From positions 26,446 through 90,445 of the forward strand of contig JAKAFY010000001.1 in assembly GCA_021817785.1 (NCBI GenBank): 64,000 nucleotides of DNA. The letters run 5' to 3'. This document shows, piece after piece, positions 9,234 to 18,306 of this stretch. Each line of letters starts with the position of its first letter. Position 1 is the stretch's first letter. Source of the stretch: a bacterium (GTDB taxonomy: Bacteria > Patescibacteriota > Microgenomatia > UBA10105 > UBA927). The notes below the pieces were generated by a model. That model was not told where the DNA came from and searched no databases. It saw nothing but the letters and a program-made list of their open reading frames with translations. The translations under genes were made by a program, and so were the position numbers.

Positions 9234-10757
9234 TTATGCGGCTAAACGCTTCAGAACTATTCCGTAGACAATCAGGCTGACGACAGAAACGATATCGGCC
9301 ATAAACCGTTCCGGAGTTTCCCGGAATACCGCCACAATCTGATGAACGCCGGGAGGCACGGTGATCCGCATGAATCCGAATGGATTCTGATGGTCGATGG
9401 GCGTCAATACGCCGTCTATGGTCACCCCCCAACCGGGATAGTACAGTTTGTTGATCTGGAGTACGCTTGTTTCTTTTACCCATGCGGTCGTCTTGATGGC
9501 TTCTTTCGGAAATATGCGCATGCTCAAATTTGCATCGCCGCTGATGACGTCGATGGTGTCCAGAGTACGCTGCTTCGATATTTCCGACACCCACCGGGGC
9601 ATGTATTCATTGGCTACCGTGGTCGTCCCTTCGTTGGTCGTGTAATACCCGAGCGGCTGTTGGACAAACGTTATGGATTTTTCGGCGGACATGACCGGGA
9701 TGATCCACAACGCCGCAAGTATCAGAAGAAAAAGGACCCGTTTCCTCCCCGAAAGCGCCTCCGCCGTCCGCGAAACTACCCACGGTCCCAATAACACCGG
9801 CAGGACGAGAAACCGGTACGGGAACTGGACCAGTTTAGAAAGCACCGGCATCTGCCATAGGACAGCGCTTACCGGAAGCGCTAACGCGTATCCCAGCGCG
9901 ATCAATACGATAAGCGTCATATCAAACATGCGGTGTTTGCTCTTTAATCCCAATGCCAACGCGACGCACAAAAGCGTCGGTATCCCCAACAATACGGCCT
10001 GCGGAAGCGTTATGAAATATTGCGACGGATCGGAAACGGTCACGTTCTGAAATTGCACCAACGACTGTTCAAATATGGCAGGTGCCCAGAAAAATGCGGA
10101 CAGCCCGATACCGAGTGCCATGTGCCAGATATATCGCGCAGGCTTGGGTTGCGTCAGAAGAATCACGCCAAAGGCGGAACCAAACAGCAGCGCGGTCGTA
10201 TTGTGCGAAACGATAAGAAATGCATATGCCAACGGCATCAGCCAATGCAAACCTGTGGATAGGCTGAGCATCAGTACAGCGGCCGGCAGCATGGCCAATA
10301 TCTCTCCTACCGAACCGCGATGATACATGTCATACAGCACGTACGGCGCAAAAAGAAAGCTCATGGCTCCCACAAAGCTGTTTTGCGCGCCAAACCTCCG
10401 GCGCAGTGCAAAAAATATCCCGACCGCACTTCCCGCGACCGACACGCCCAGGATAACTTTTACGGCGTTGGGGAACGAAATACCGGCAAGATGCAGCAAT
10501 GAGCCGATGTACAAAAATCCGGGATACAGAAAATTCGATACCGGATACCCGTAACTGTTATTGAGCCGCCCGATGAACCGGACGGGAAACTGGCCGGAAG
10601 ACAGGCTCTGATAAAATGCGGACAACCGGATAATCATCCATCCGCCGTCATCGGATACAAAAAATCCTGGGTGAAAAAGCGGCCAGAGCACCAACAGCGA
10701 GGCTGCTACGACAGCCACTACCCATCCCCAGGGGACGCCGGTATGTTTTTTACTCAT
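9234..10757 (-). CDS. polytopic membrane protein, YfhO/GT-C-like putative glycosyltransferase (paralog A)
   Basis: Start MSKKHTGVPWGW with ATG at 10757 forming an ATGA overlap with the upstream stop. The motif FYQSLSSGQFPVRFIGRLNNSYGYPVSNFLYPGFLY is paralogous to 7562..9229. Confidence 0.75.
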   Translation of the reverse strand: MSKKHTGVPWGWVVAVVAASLLVLWPLFHPGFFVSDDGGWMIIRLSAFYQSLSSGQFPVRFIGRLNNSYGYPVSNFLYPGFLYIGSLLHLAGISFPNAVKVILGVSVAGSAVGIFFALRRRFGAQNSFVGAMSFLFAPYVLYDMYHRGSVGEILAMLPAAVLMLSLSTGLHWLMPLAYAFLIVSHNTTALLFGSAFGVILLTQPKPARYIWHMALGIGLSAFFWAPAIFEQSLVQFQNVTVSDPSQYFITLPQAVLLGIPTLLCVALALGLKSKHRMFDMTLIVLIALGYALALPVSAVLWQMPVLSKLVQFPYRFLVLPVLLGPWVVSRTAEALSGRKRVLFLLILAALWIIPVMSAEKSITFVQQPLGYYTTNEGTTTVANEYMPRWVSEISKQRTLDTIDVISGDANLSMRIFPKEAIKTTAWVKETSVLQINKLYYPGWGVTIDGVLTPIDHQNPFGFMRITVPPGVHQIVAVFRETPERFMADIVSVVSLIVYGIVLKRLAA

Positions 10758-12277
10758 AACGCTTGAACACGTGGCGCCGTCACACGATAAAACCGAAGCT
10801 TCCGATCCGTACGGTTTCCTTTTTGGTACTCCCCGATGAGTGCCAGAGGCCATCCGGCGGGAGCCACCTGTGATTCATTCAGGATAAGATATGTTGGTCT
10901 GGACAGCGCTTCTTCCTGTATGCTGTCGGGTATCACGTTCGGCAAGGGCCAGATTCCTTTTATTTTTATATTCGGATTATCCACAAGATATATCTCGATG
11001 GAATACGGCATAAGCCCGAATGTCCCTTCCGTGTATACGTTTATCTTTTCGTGACGCACCTGTTCCCGAAGATACGACACTACTTCCGGCACGCCGCCGC
11101 CTGCCGGCCAGTCATTCATATACTGATATTGGTCGGATAACGGGATGGGTGCTGCGATCGGATTGGTGACGATCATATACGAGGTCATGGCAGCGGGACT
11201 AAGGAGGAGCACGACGAGCGCCAACCGGACCAGGGGGCGTTTGATCATATCCCACAGTTCCATGAAACTTTCCGCAGCCACAAGCAGCAGCGGGATAGTC
11301 ATAAACAAGGTAAACCGCGGATACAATATCTTGGCAAAGTTTGCCAGGGCGGCAAACGGCATCGCCCACCAGACATACAGCAGCCACCGCTCCCTCGCTT
11401 TTCCCCACCGGGTAAACAGCGGTACCAGGGTGACGACAAATACCGGCAGGGTGAGATAATTTCTCAGCCAGTCAAACATGCCCTTGAGGTTTCCCGCAAA
11501 AAAACGGAACGGCTGGTTAAGCCATTCCCGCGGGCTGAATATAAAGACGTTGTCTTTCTGCGAAACGATGTGAAAAAACGGGGATAACCGCAATACGCTA
11601 TAAAACACCTGGGACAGCACTGCCGAAACGATGACCAGTCCAGCCCATCGTGCCAGCCGGTTGAATCTGTGTTCTTTGCGCCAGTCAAACAGGATGAGGG
11701 TCAACGGCATCGCGTACAAGCTCAAAAAACCGGAACTTTTGTTGAGCATGCCGCACCCTAACACCATACCGAGGAGAAGCGCTATATCAAGCCGGACTTT
11801 CCGCACCAGAAGCACGGCCAGATACAGGCTCCAGACGGAAAACAGGGAGACCATGGAGTCATAAATCGCCATGCGGTCGTACCAAAGCGTAAACGGAATG
11901 ATCACGTATAATACGCCGGTAAACCATGACACCCGCCTGTCTCGAAAAAGTTCCCACGAAAGCACGCATACGCCGATAAGCGTACCGATCCCGGCCACCA
12001 CGGATGTCAACCGCCCCACGAACAGTGGGTCTACGCCTTTGAGTACTTTGAGTAACACCATCATGACCCAGGTAAACATCGGCTGTTTTCCGTCGGTCAG
12101 CGATATGAAGCGCCAATTGGGATCCCGCATCCCGATTTGCGACCAGCGGATGTAGATGGCTTCATCGGTAAATATAGGTAACTTCGTCAGATTCAGGAGC
12201 CGGGTAACAGCATACAGCGCGATAAGCGCTCCGAAACCAAGCAGTATGCCCCACCAAAACCGCTTTTTGTTTGCCAT
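10754..12277 (-). CDS. ArnT/PMT-family (GT39/GT83-like) membrane glycosyltransferase
   Basis: Likely start MANKKRFWWGILLGFGAL at ATG 12277, with GGAG 5 nt upstream and a TATAAT-like box. The motif LPIFTDEAIYIRWSQ is the conserved DE loop of polyprenol-phosphate-dependent GT-C enzymes. 507 aa with about 12 TM. Confidence 0.8.
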   Translation of the reverse strand: MANKKRFWWGILLGFGALIALYAVTRLLNLTKLPIFTDEAIYIRWSQIGMRDPNWRFISLTDGKQPMFTWVMMVLLKVLKGVDPLFVGRLTSVVAGIGTLIGVCVLSWELFRDRRVSWFTGVLYVIIPFTLWYDRMAIYDSMVSLFSVWSLYLAVLLVRKVRLDIALLLGMVLGCGMLNKSSGFLSLYAMPLTLILFDWRKEHRFNRLARWAGLVIVSAVLSQVFYSVLRLSPFFHIVSQKDNVFIFSPREWLNQPFRFFAGNLKGMFDWLRNYLTLPVFVVTLVPLFTRWGKARERWLLYVWWAMPFAALANFAKILYPRFTLFMTIPLLLVAAESFMELWDMIKRPLVRLALVVLLLSPAAMTSYMIVTNPIAAPIPLSDQYQYMNDWPAGGGVPEVVSYLREQVRHEKINVYTEGTFGLMPYSIEIYLVDNPNIKIKGIWPLPNVIPDSIQEEALSRPTYLILNESQVAPAGWPLALIGEYQKGNRTDRKLRFYRVTAPRVQAL

Positions 12278-12334
12278 ACTCCGATTATATCGAAAAACGT
12301 GAAATCTTGCTCGTGTAAATATGCTACACTGAAA

Positions 12335-12667
12335 ATGATGCAGATCGGATTCCATCATATTTATCACCGGAAAAACTCCCGGCAGCAACCGTACACCGTT
12401 TCCCATACGGGGCTGGCCGGTTTATTTGACAAATCGGCCTTTATCATGGGAGTTGTCTCGGTCGCGGCAAACCTTCCCCAGCTCATCGCCGTCTGGACGC
12501 GCCCGAATATCTCCGGCGTATCCGTCATCTCGTGGATCGGATTTTTTCTGGGGTCGGTATTCTGGCTTGCCTACGGCCTGGTCCACAAGGCCAAACCGAT
12601 TATCGTCATGAACGGCATGCTTATCGTGGTGCAGGGACTTGTCGTCGTGGGGCTGTTGCGGCACTGA
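12335..12667 (+). CDS. SemiSWEET / PQ-loop family small sugar transporter
   Basis: ORF 12299..12667 starts on GTG; the internal ATG at 12335 is more plausible. About 110 aa with 3 TM. FIMGVVSVAANLPQLIAVWTRPNISGVSVISWIGFF contains the PQ motif at the end of TM1. It is the only plus-strand gene in the 22-kb cluster and its 3' end overlaps the convergent gene by 47 nt. Confidence 0.6.
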   Translation: MMQIGFHHIYHRKNSRQQPYTVSHTGLAGLFDKSAFIMGVVSVAANLPQLIAVWTRPNISGVSVISWIGFFLGSVFWLAYGLVHKAKPIIVMNGMLIVVQGLVVVGLLRH

Positions 12668-13790
12668 CGGGCAACAGCGCGGACAGCAATGCGAGCGCGA
12701 CTCCGGCCAAGATACACGGACTTTTCCACCACTGTTCGGTCGCGTTATACTCACCAAAATACAGATACGGGGCATAGCTTACGAGCAAACCGAAAGAAAC
12801 GATGGCGGCAAATCTGGTGAGTTTGGTATGTATCGGAAGTACCGCCACAAACGGCACGATCCATACCCAGTACCAGGGCAAAAATTCTCGCTTCAAAAGG
12901 ACCAGACCCAGGACGACAAACATGGCAATCACCATCCAATGGATGCTTCGCCGAAGAAGCAGTACGGGGATCAGAACGATCGTGACTGTCTTGGCTGCGA
13001 TAGAAAACGCAAGCCACAGCCATGCGGACCAGCGGTCTTTTGACACATACGCCCATACGGCAAGCATCGCAAAAGCGGAAAGTACCACGTCGTTATGTGC
13101 GCTGACTAAAGATTCGGCAAGGATAAGCGGATTTAATGCAAATACAGCAAGCCCGAGTGCGGCGTTTCCGGCATCCGTTTTTTCCACGACCTTTCCTACC
13201 GCCCACGCACACAACAGATACCACCCCGCAACCATGCCTTTCATCGCAAACAGCGTCGGCACAAAATACCCGAATCCCAGAATATACGGCACGAGCGTCA
13301 TGCCGATCCAGAGCGGCGCATATGCGGTGGTCAGATGCGTCCAGCGCATGAAATTCGTCCAGGGATCCACCCCGGAAAACAACAGTGGCGTTACGACATA
13401 GGGGTTTTGGTGATATACCAGCACCGTTTTCGCCGTAAACATATAGTTAAAAAAATCATAGGAAAATGCCGCGGGGTAGGAAAACACGACGATCGCAGCG
13501 ACCAAAAAGACAATACGCCACACATCCCTTTGGTTGAGCGTATTCCGCTTCACGGCGGATAACACCATGCCGTACAGGGCAAACAGCAGGAAAAGTATGC
13601 CGATATACATGCCGGCGGCAAGCGGCCGCTGATAATACCCGACGTGCTGGAATGCTTTTTCTACTGTCTGGACGACGCTCGATCTGGACAGCGTCAAATT
13701 CAGATCGACCTGCGTATAGCTAAATAACAATAACGCAATCGAAGCGGCGATGTATCCGAAAAAAATAATATGCTTCGTCTTCATATTCAT
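12621..13790 (-). CDS. polytopic membrane protein, possible GT-C fold glycosyltransferase (DUF2029-like)
   Basis: Likely start MNMKTKHIIFFGYIAASIALLLF. About 390 aa with about 11 TM helices and aromatic-rich periplasmic loops (YDFFNYMFTAKTVLVYHQNPY). Family assignment is tentative. Confidence 0.55.
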   Translation of the reverse strand: MNMKTKHIIFFGYIAASIALLLFSYTQVDLNLTLSRSSVVQTVEKAFQHVGYYQRPLAAGMYIGILFLLFALYGMVLSAVKRNTLNQRDVWRIVFLVAAIVVFSYPAAFSYDFFNYMFTAKTVLVYHQNPYVVTPLLFSGVDPWTNFMRWTHLTTAYAPLWIGMTLVPYILGFGYFVPTLFAMKGMVAGWYLLCAWAVGKVVEKTDAGNAALGLAVFALNPLILAESLVSAHNDVVLSAFAMLAVWAYVSKDRWSAWLWLAFSIAAKTVTIVLIPVLLLRRSIHWMVIAMFVVLGLVLLKREFLPWYWVWIVPFVAVLPIHTKLTRFAAIVSFGLLVSYAPYLYFGEYNATEQWWKSPCILAGVALALLSALLPVSAATAPRRQVPAPR

Positions 13791-13798
13791 GTACGGGG

Positions 13799-14548
13799 TT
13801 ACCTGTATTTCCCCCGCATCGCGTTCCAACGGATCAGCAGGATATCGCGGAGTCCCTGGAGAGAATCCTTGATCGGATTGACGCGCCGCGTTTCCACATA
13901 GTGCCATTCCACCGGGACCTCTTGAATCGAATACCCCAACTGTTTCGCCAAAAACAGCACCTCGATATCAAATCCCGCGGTCACCATGGCCCCCTGGGTT
14001 TTCTGCGGACGGCCGTATAAGCGGAGTTTGGAGAATATTTTTTTTGCGACGTTTGCTTCAAACGCTTTGAACCCGCACTGCGTGTCCGTAATGCCTTTGA
14101 GTCCCAAAAACAATCCCCTGAGGAACATAAATCCCCGCGCCATGATGATACGCGAGAACGGCGCGCCTTCACGGTTCCCGTTACGGGAGCCTATGACGAT
14201 ATTCTTTCCCCTGGCAAAATACGGCAGGAGTTTCTCCAGTTCCGCCATGGGAGTGGCCTGGTCAAGATCCGAAAACAACACGATCGATCCCTTGGCTGCC
14301 GCTACGCCGGAAACGACGGTGCCTGCTTTTCCCATGTGCGGGTTGTGGATGACGCGGAACCCGGCGTTTGCCCGTGCGAATGCTTCGAGAAGCGCCGGCG
14401 ATGCGTCTTTGGAACCGTCATCCACGATGATGACTTCCCACGTATATGTTTGCTGGGTAAGGTACCGGTTTACCTTCTCGAGCGCGCCCAACCGGATGTT
14501 GGTTTCTTCGTTATACGACGGGATGACGACGGATAGATACGGTTTCAT
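13799..14548 (-). CDS. polyprenol-phosphate mannose/glucose synthase (DPM1-like GT2)
   Basis: Start MKPYLSVVIPSYNEETNIRLGALEKVNRYL...IIVDDGSKDAS...DLDQATP...QCGFKAF. ATGA overlap with the upstream gene. Confidence 0.85.
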   Translation of the reverse strand: MKPYLSVVIPSYNEETNIRLGALEKVNRYLTQQTYTWEVIIVDDGSKDASPALLEAFARANAGFRVIHNPHMGKAGTVVSGVAAAKGSIVLFSDLDQATPMAELEKLLPYFARGKNIVIGSRNGNREGAPFSRIIMARGFMFLRGLFLGLKGITDTQCGFKAFEANVAKKIFSKLRLYGRPQKTQGAMVTAGFDIEVLFLAKQLGYSIQEVPVEWHYVETRRVNPIKDSLQGLRDILLIRWNAMRGKYR

Positions 14549-16113
14549 TTCATGGTTCCTTTGTAGTGAACGAGTTTGAATATCGTGACAAATGACACAT
14601 GCCACTGCCCCGCAATGTCCGCGCGCCCGAATCCCGCTATTTCCCACAACGAATCCCCGAGCGGTTTGCAGTCTGCTTTTTCACAAACGATGATAAGCTG
14701 GTCCGTCACGGTTTTGCGGTCGGGATCGACTGCCGTATTTTCTATCGTGACGGGCGCCCGTTTCCATAATTCAAAAAAGTATCGGTATGCATGGTCGGAA
14801 TTCCCTCCGGTCATCAGCGCGAAATTAAACGGTTTGCCGTCGGTTTTGGAAAGCGCTGCCGCGGCGATCGTACGCATCTGACCGAGCTGGTTATTCGGAG
14901 TGGACAAAAACGGCCTGCCCTGCCAGTTCAGATACAAAAGCCCAGACAAAAGGACGACGGCGATACCCGCGCCGATTTTTTTCGCGGACAGGAACCGCAG
15001 AACCAATGCCGTACACAAAAACGGCACCGCATAAAAGAGGCCGAAATAATAGTCATAAATGCCTTTTTTATAAAATCCGAACAACGTAAGCGGGACAAAG
15101 AACCAGATCAGCACCAACACCAATCCTTTCTGCCACCCGTCCGGATGTTTTTTGCGGATAAGCGACAGCGCAAAAACAAAGAGAGATGCCGCCATGACGG
15201 CAGTGACGGATGCGGGCCAGAGCCATGTCCCTATGCCGTGTATGTTCCCCAGCTGTTCCGGCGGAGGCAGACGGAATACCAGCCTGCCAAACACCCGGAA
15301 GGCAACGTCCGTGACCGTCGTCATAAACGACGACGATGCGCCGGTATCTTTCCCTTCCAGTACGAACCGCACGATAGAAATGGTGTTGGGAAATCCGTGC
15401 CGCACTTCAAACGCCAGAAACGGCGCGTATCCCACCAGAAACCCCGCAATACCCAGCGCGTAGTACCGCACCCAGGTCCATGCGCGTCCGTAGAGTAGGT
15501 ACCACACTCCCACGACCACAAAGAGAAAGAGAAAAAGGTAATGAAGCTGCAGCCCTATCCCCAAAATCACGCCGATCCAAAACAGCAGCCCAGGCTGTGT
15601 ATGAACGACGCTTTTCCACAAAAGATACATGAGAAGTACGGCAAAAAACGGCACGGGGTTGGGATTCCAGGATGACCGGGAATACGCGATGACCAGCGGA
15701 GACAATGCATACAGACCGGCAGCGGCAAGTCCCACCCAGGCATCAAACACATCGTGACCGAACCGGTAGACCAGATAAATCGTCGCTATGCCAAACAGCG
15801 CCACCATGACCGCCGCACCCGAAGGATCCAGCCGGAATAGCCACACAAACGGCAGCATGAAATAGTAGTAGATGGGTCCTAAGAAAAATCCGCCGACGGA
15901 CGCGTTCGGGCCAAGCAGCGTAAATTTGTGATTGACGATCATGTGGAGGATGACCAGCATGTCCCGCCCCTCATCCCCCAAAAACGTCATGTACTCGGAT
16001 ATCCTGTACAGACGAAGATACGACCCCACCGCGAGGATAACGGATAAAAGTGCCGTCGGGACGAACTGGCGCAAACGTTTATACCATTGCATAAAAGAAG
16101 ATGTATCGGACAA
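14545..16113 (-). CDS. ArnT/PMT-family (GT39/GT83-like) membrane glycosyltransferase
   Basis: 522 aa. N-terminal LRLYRISEYMTFLGDEGRDMLV carries the DE-containing first periplasmic loop typical of dolichyl/undecaprenyl-phosphate sugar transferases. Many TM helices. Confidence 0.8.
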   Translation of the reverse strand: MSDTSSFMQWYKRLRQFVPTALLSVILAVGSYLRLYRISEYMTFLGDEGRDMLVILHMIVNHKFTLLGPNASVGGFFLGPIYYYFMLPFVWLFRLDPSGAAVMVALFGIATIYLVYRFGHDVFDAWVGLAAAGLYALSPLVIAYSRSSWNPNPVPFFAVLLMYLLWKSVVHTQPGLLFWIGVILGIGLQLHYLFLFLFVVVGVWYLLYGRAWTWVRYYALGIAGFLVGYAPFLAFEVRHGFPNTISIVRFVLEGKDTGASSSFMTTVTDVAFRVFGRLVFRLPPPEQLGNIHGIGTWLWPASVTAVMAASLFVFALSLIRKKHPDGWQKGLVLVLIWFFVPLTLFGFYKKGIYDYYFGLFYAVPFLCTALVLRFLSAKKIGAGIAVVLLSGLLYLNWQGRPFLSTPNNQLGQMRTIAAAALSKTDGKPFNFALMTGGNSDHAYRYFFELWKRAPVTIENTAVDPDRKTVTDQLIIVCEKADCKPLGDSLWEIAGFGRADIAGQWHVSFVTIFKLVHYKGTMK

Positions 16114-16147
16114 CCGTATCTTTATCGAGTATAGCCCATTGGCCGGG

Positions 16148-17263
16148 TTATTTCTTCCATATTACCTTGGAATATATGACGTAATTCCATACCATGATGA
16201 AGGCGGTGCCGAGAAGAAAAAAGTCGAAATACCACCGGTCCCCGAACAGACGGACGCCGAGCGCTATGGTCCCCGTTTGTATCACAATCACCCCGAACGC
16301 ACTCGTCGCGTAAAAATGCAGCAATTTCGTAACGTATTGTCCGGCTCCGGAAATTTTTTTGTGGCGGAATGTCCAGAGATTATTTAAGTTATAGTTCGAA
16401 AATATGGCGACAGCCGCCCCCACCAGATTCGCGTACGTCGCCGACATATGTGCTTTGTGGAGCAGTACCAGTATGCCTGCGTTGAGGACAAATCCTATGC
16501 CTCCTACGACCAGGAATTTACCGAACGAACCGTGGATAAATTCTTCTATTCTCGCCAGGGCGATATATCTATAAATATTGAAAATATATTCCGCCGGGGC
16601 GATTTTGGAATGCCCGTACAACCGGTCCGTAAAATGAAACGGGATTTCGCGGACGATTGCGCCGTGATGGATCGATTTATGCAAAAACGCGATTTGGAAT
16701 ACGTAGCCGCTGTATTGTTCCATTTCCCGGTGCGTTGTGTCGTAAAAATGCCTGGTGTACGCGCGGTACCCGCCGGTCCAGTCGCGGACGTTGGGGTGCC
16801 AGAGTCCGAAGCGTACGATGTTGTTTCCGACGATGCTGTAAATTTTCCGTATGAGTCCCCAATTTTCCGGAATCGCGCCTCCGGGGATATACCGGCTGCC
16901 CACGGCAAACGTGGCGCCTTTTTCGATTGCTTCGAGCAACCGGGGGGCGACTGAAGGATCGTGGGACAAATCCGCATCGATCTGCAGCACGACGTCGGCA
17001 TGCATGTGCTCAAACGCTTCCGTCATACCCCGGAGGATCGCTTTGCCCAGGCCTTCTTTTTTTCCGGAGATGAGATAGACGTTTTTGTGCGTTTTCTGAT
17101 ACGCCTTGACGACGGTGGCCGTGCCGTCCGGAGAGGTATCGTCGACGACGAGGTAGGAAATGGTGTACGTTTGTTTCGTGCCAAACGCATCCGCTAATTT
17201 TGTCAGAAGGACGCGAATATTTTCTCGTTCGTTATACGTGGGAATGACAACGACAACATTCAT
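16148..17263 (-). CDS. polyprenol-phosphate mannose synthase (Ppm1/DPM1-like GT2) fused to C-terminal GtrA-like membrane domain
   Basis: MNVVVVIPTYNERENIRVLL...VVDDTSPDGT...QIDADLSHDP, followed by a 4-TM C-terminal GtrA-like segment (FLVVGGIGFVLNAGILVLL...WNYVIYSKVIWKK). Confidence 0.85.
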   Translation of the reverse strand: MNVVVVIPTYNERENIRVLLTKLADAFGTKQTYTISYLVVDDTSPDGTATVVKAYQKTHKNVYLISGKKEGLGKAILRGMTEAFEHMHADVVLQIDADLSHDPSVAPRLLEAIEKGATFAVGSRYIPGGAIPENWGLIRKIYSIVGNNIVRFGLWHPNVRDWTGGYRAYTRHFYDTTHREMEQYSGYVFQIAFLHKSIHHGAIVREIPFHFTDRLYGHSKIAPAEYIFNIYRYIALARIEEFIHGSFGKFLVVGGIGFVLNAGILVLLHKAHMSATYANLVGAAVAIFSNYNLNNLWTFRHKKISGAGQYVTKLLHFYATSAFGVIVIQTGTIALGVRLFGDRWYFDFFLLGTAFIMVWNYVIYSKVIWKK

Positions 17264-17277
17264 ACGGCCAATGTATT

Positions 17278-18234
17278 TTAGACCCGTTCTCTCCAGTAAT
17301 TGAGAAGGTCTGCGGCGGTCTTTTCAAACGCGATTTCTGGTGACCAGCCGGTTTTGGCCTTGAACTTGGATGCGTCACCGATCAGAATCGGGACATCCGA
17401 AGGTCGCATGCGCGCCGGATCCTGCTTTATTTCCACTTTTACTTTGCTCATGGCGAGCATCATGTTCAGGACGTCTGCGATTTTTATCGCTTTGCCGGTG
17501 GCAATATTGTACACTTCCCCGGGATCACACTTTTCGACGGCCAGGAGGTACGCGCGTACCATGTCCCGGACATCGGTATAGTCCCGCTGTGCTTCCAGGT
17601 TTCCGACGTAAATGACCGGCTCCTGTTTGCCTTTTTCTATAAGGGCGATCTGTTTGGCAAACGTGGATTCCGCAAACGTGTCTCCGCGGCGCGGCCCGGT
17701 GTGGTTAAATCCGCGGGTCCGGACGATTCGGGTTTTGTAGGATTCGAAATACTGGTATCCCAGATAATCCATCGCGAGTTTGGATACCGCATAGGGCGAT
17801 AACGGACGCAGCGGATTGGTTTCTTTTATCGGCACTTCGTTTTCATAGACCATGCCGTATTCTTCGGACGAACAGGCGATCTGGATGACCGGATCTATGC
17901 CGACCTGCCGCACTGCTTCGAATAAATTCGCGGATCCTACGATGTTGACCTCCAGCGTGACTGCCGGGGATCCCCAGGACGTCGGGACAAACGACTGGGC
18001 TGCCAGGTGGAAAATATAATCCGGCTTTATTTTATTGATCGTCGTATACAAACTGTGGCTATCCAGTAAATCCGCATCCTCTAAATGCAGTTTCCCTTTT
18101 ATGGACTCTATGTGGTCCATTTTGCTCCGCGGCCGGCACAAACCGGACACTTCCACGCCCTGGGAAAGCAGAAGTTCTGCCATATAACTGCCGACAAATC
18201 CGGCTATCCCCGTAATCAATGCTTTTTTTGCCAT
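17278..18234 (-). CDS. NAD-dependent sugar-nucleotide 4,6-dehydratase/reductase (GDP-mannose 4,6-dehydratase Gmd/Rmd-like)
   Basis: Start MAKKALITGIAGFVGSYMAELLLSQGVEVSGL with ATG at 18234 preceded by AGGAGG. Extended SDR motifs GxxGxxG, SSEEYG and YAVSK (YxxxK). Confidence 0.8.
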   Translation of the reverse strand: MAKKALITGIAGFVGSYMAELLLSQGVEVSGLCRPRSKMDHIESIKGKLHLEDADLLDSHSLYTTINKIKPDYIFHLAAQSFVPTSWGSPAVTLEVNIVGSANLFEAVRQVGIDPVIQIACSSEEYGMVYENEVPIKETNPLRPLSPYAVSKLAMDYLGYQYFESYKTRIVRTRGFNHTGPRRGDTFAESTFAKQIALIEKGKQEPVIYVGNLEAQRDYTDVRDMVRAYLLAVEKCDPGEVYNIATGKAIKIADVLNMMLAMSKVKVEIKQDPARMRPSDVPILIGDASKFKAKTGWSPEIAFEKTAADLLNYWRERV

Positions 18235-18306
18235 ATGCGTCCTCCTTAATAAATAATGACAGGGTCCCTCGATTACTCTCGGGATGATCACCAACATACG
18301 CGGTGA

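Noticed and set aside
8444-9280. 278-aa plus-strand ORF and neighbouring plus ORFs (7923..8447, 8463..8834)
   Set aside because: Antisense to the YfhO-like paralog B. Arg/His/Pro-rich composition typical of spurious antisense ORFs in GC-rich coding DNA. No motifs.
14791-15498. 235-aa plus-strand ORF
   Set aside because: Antisense to the ArnT-like gene. Extremely Arg/Lys/His/Gln-rich low complexity.
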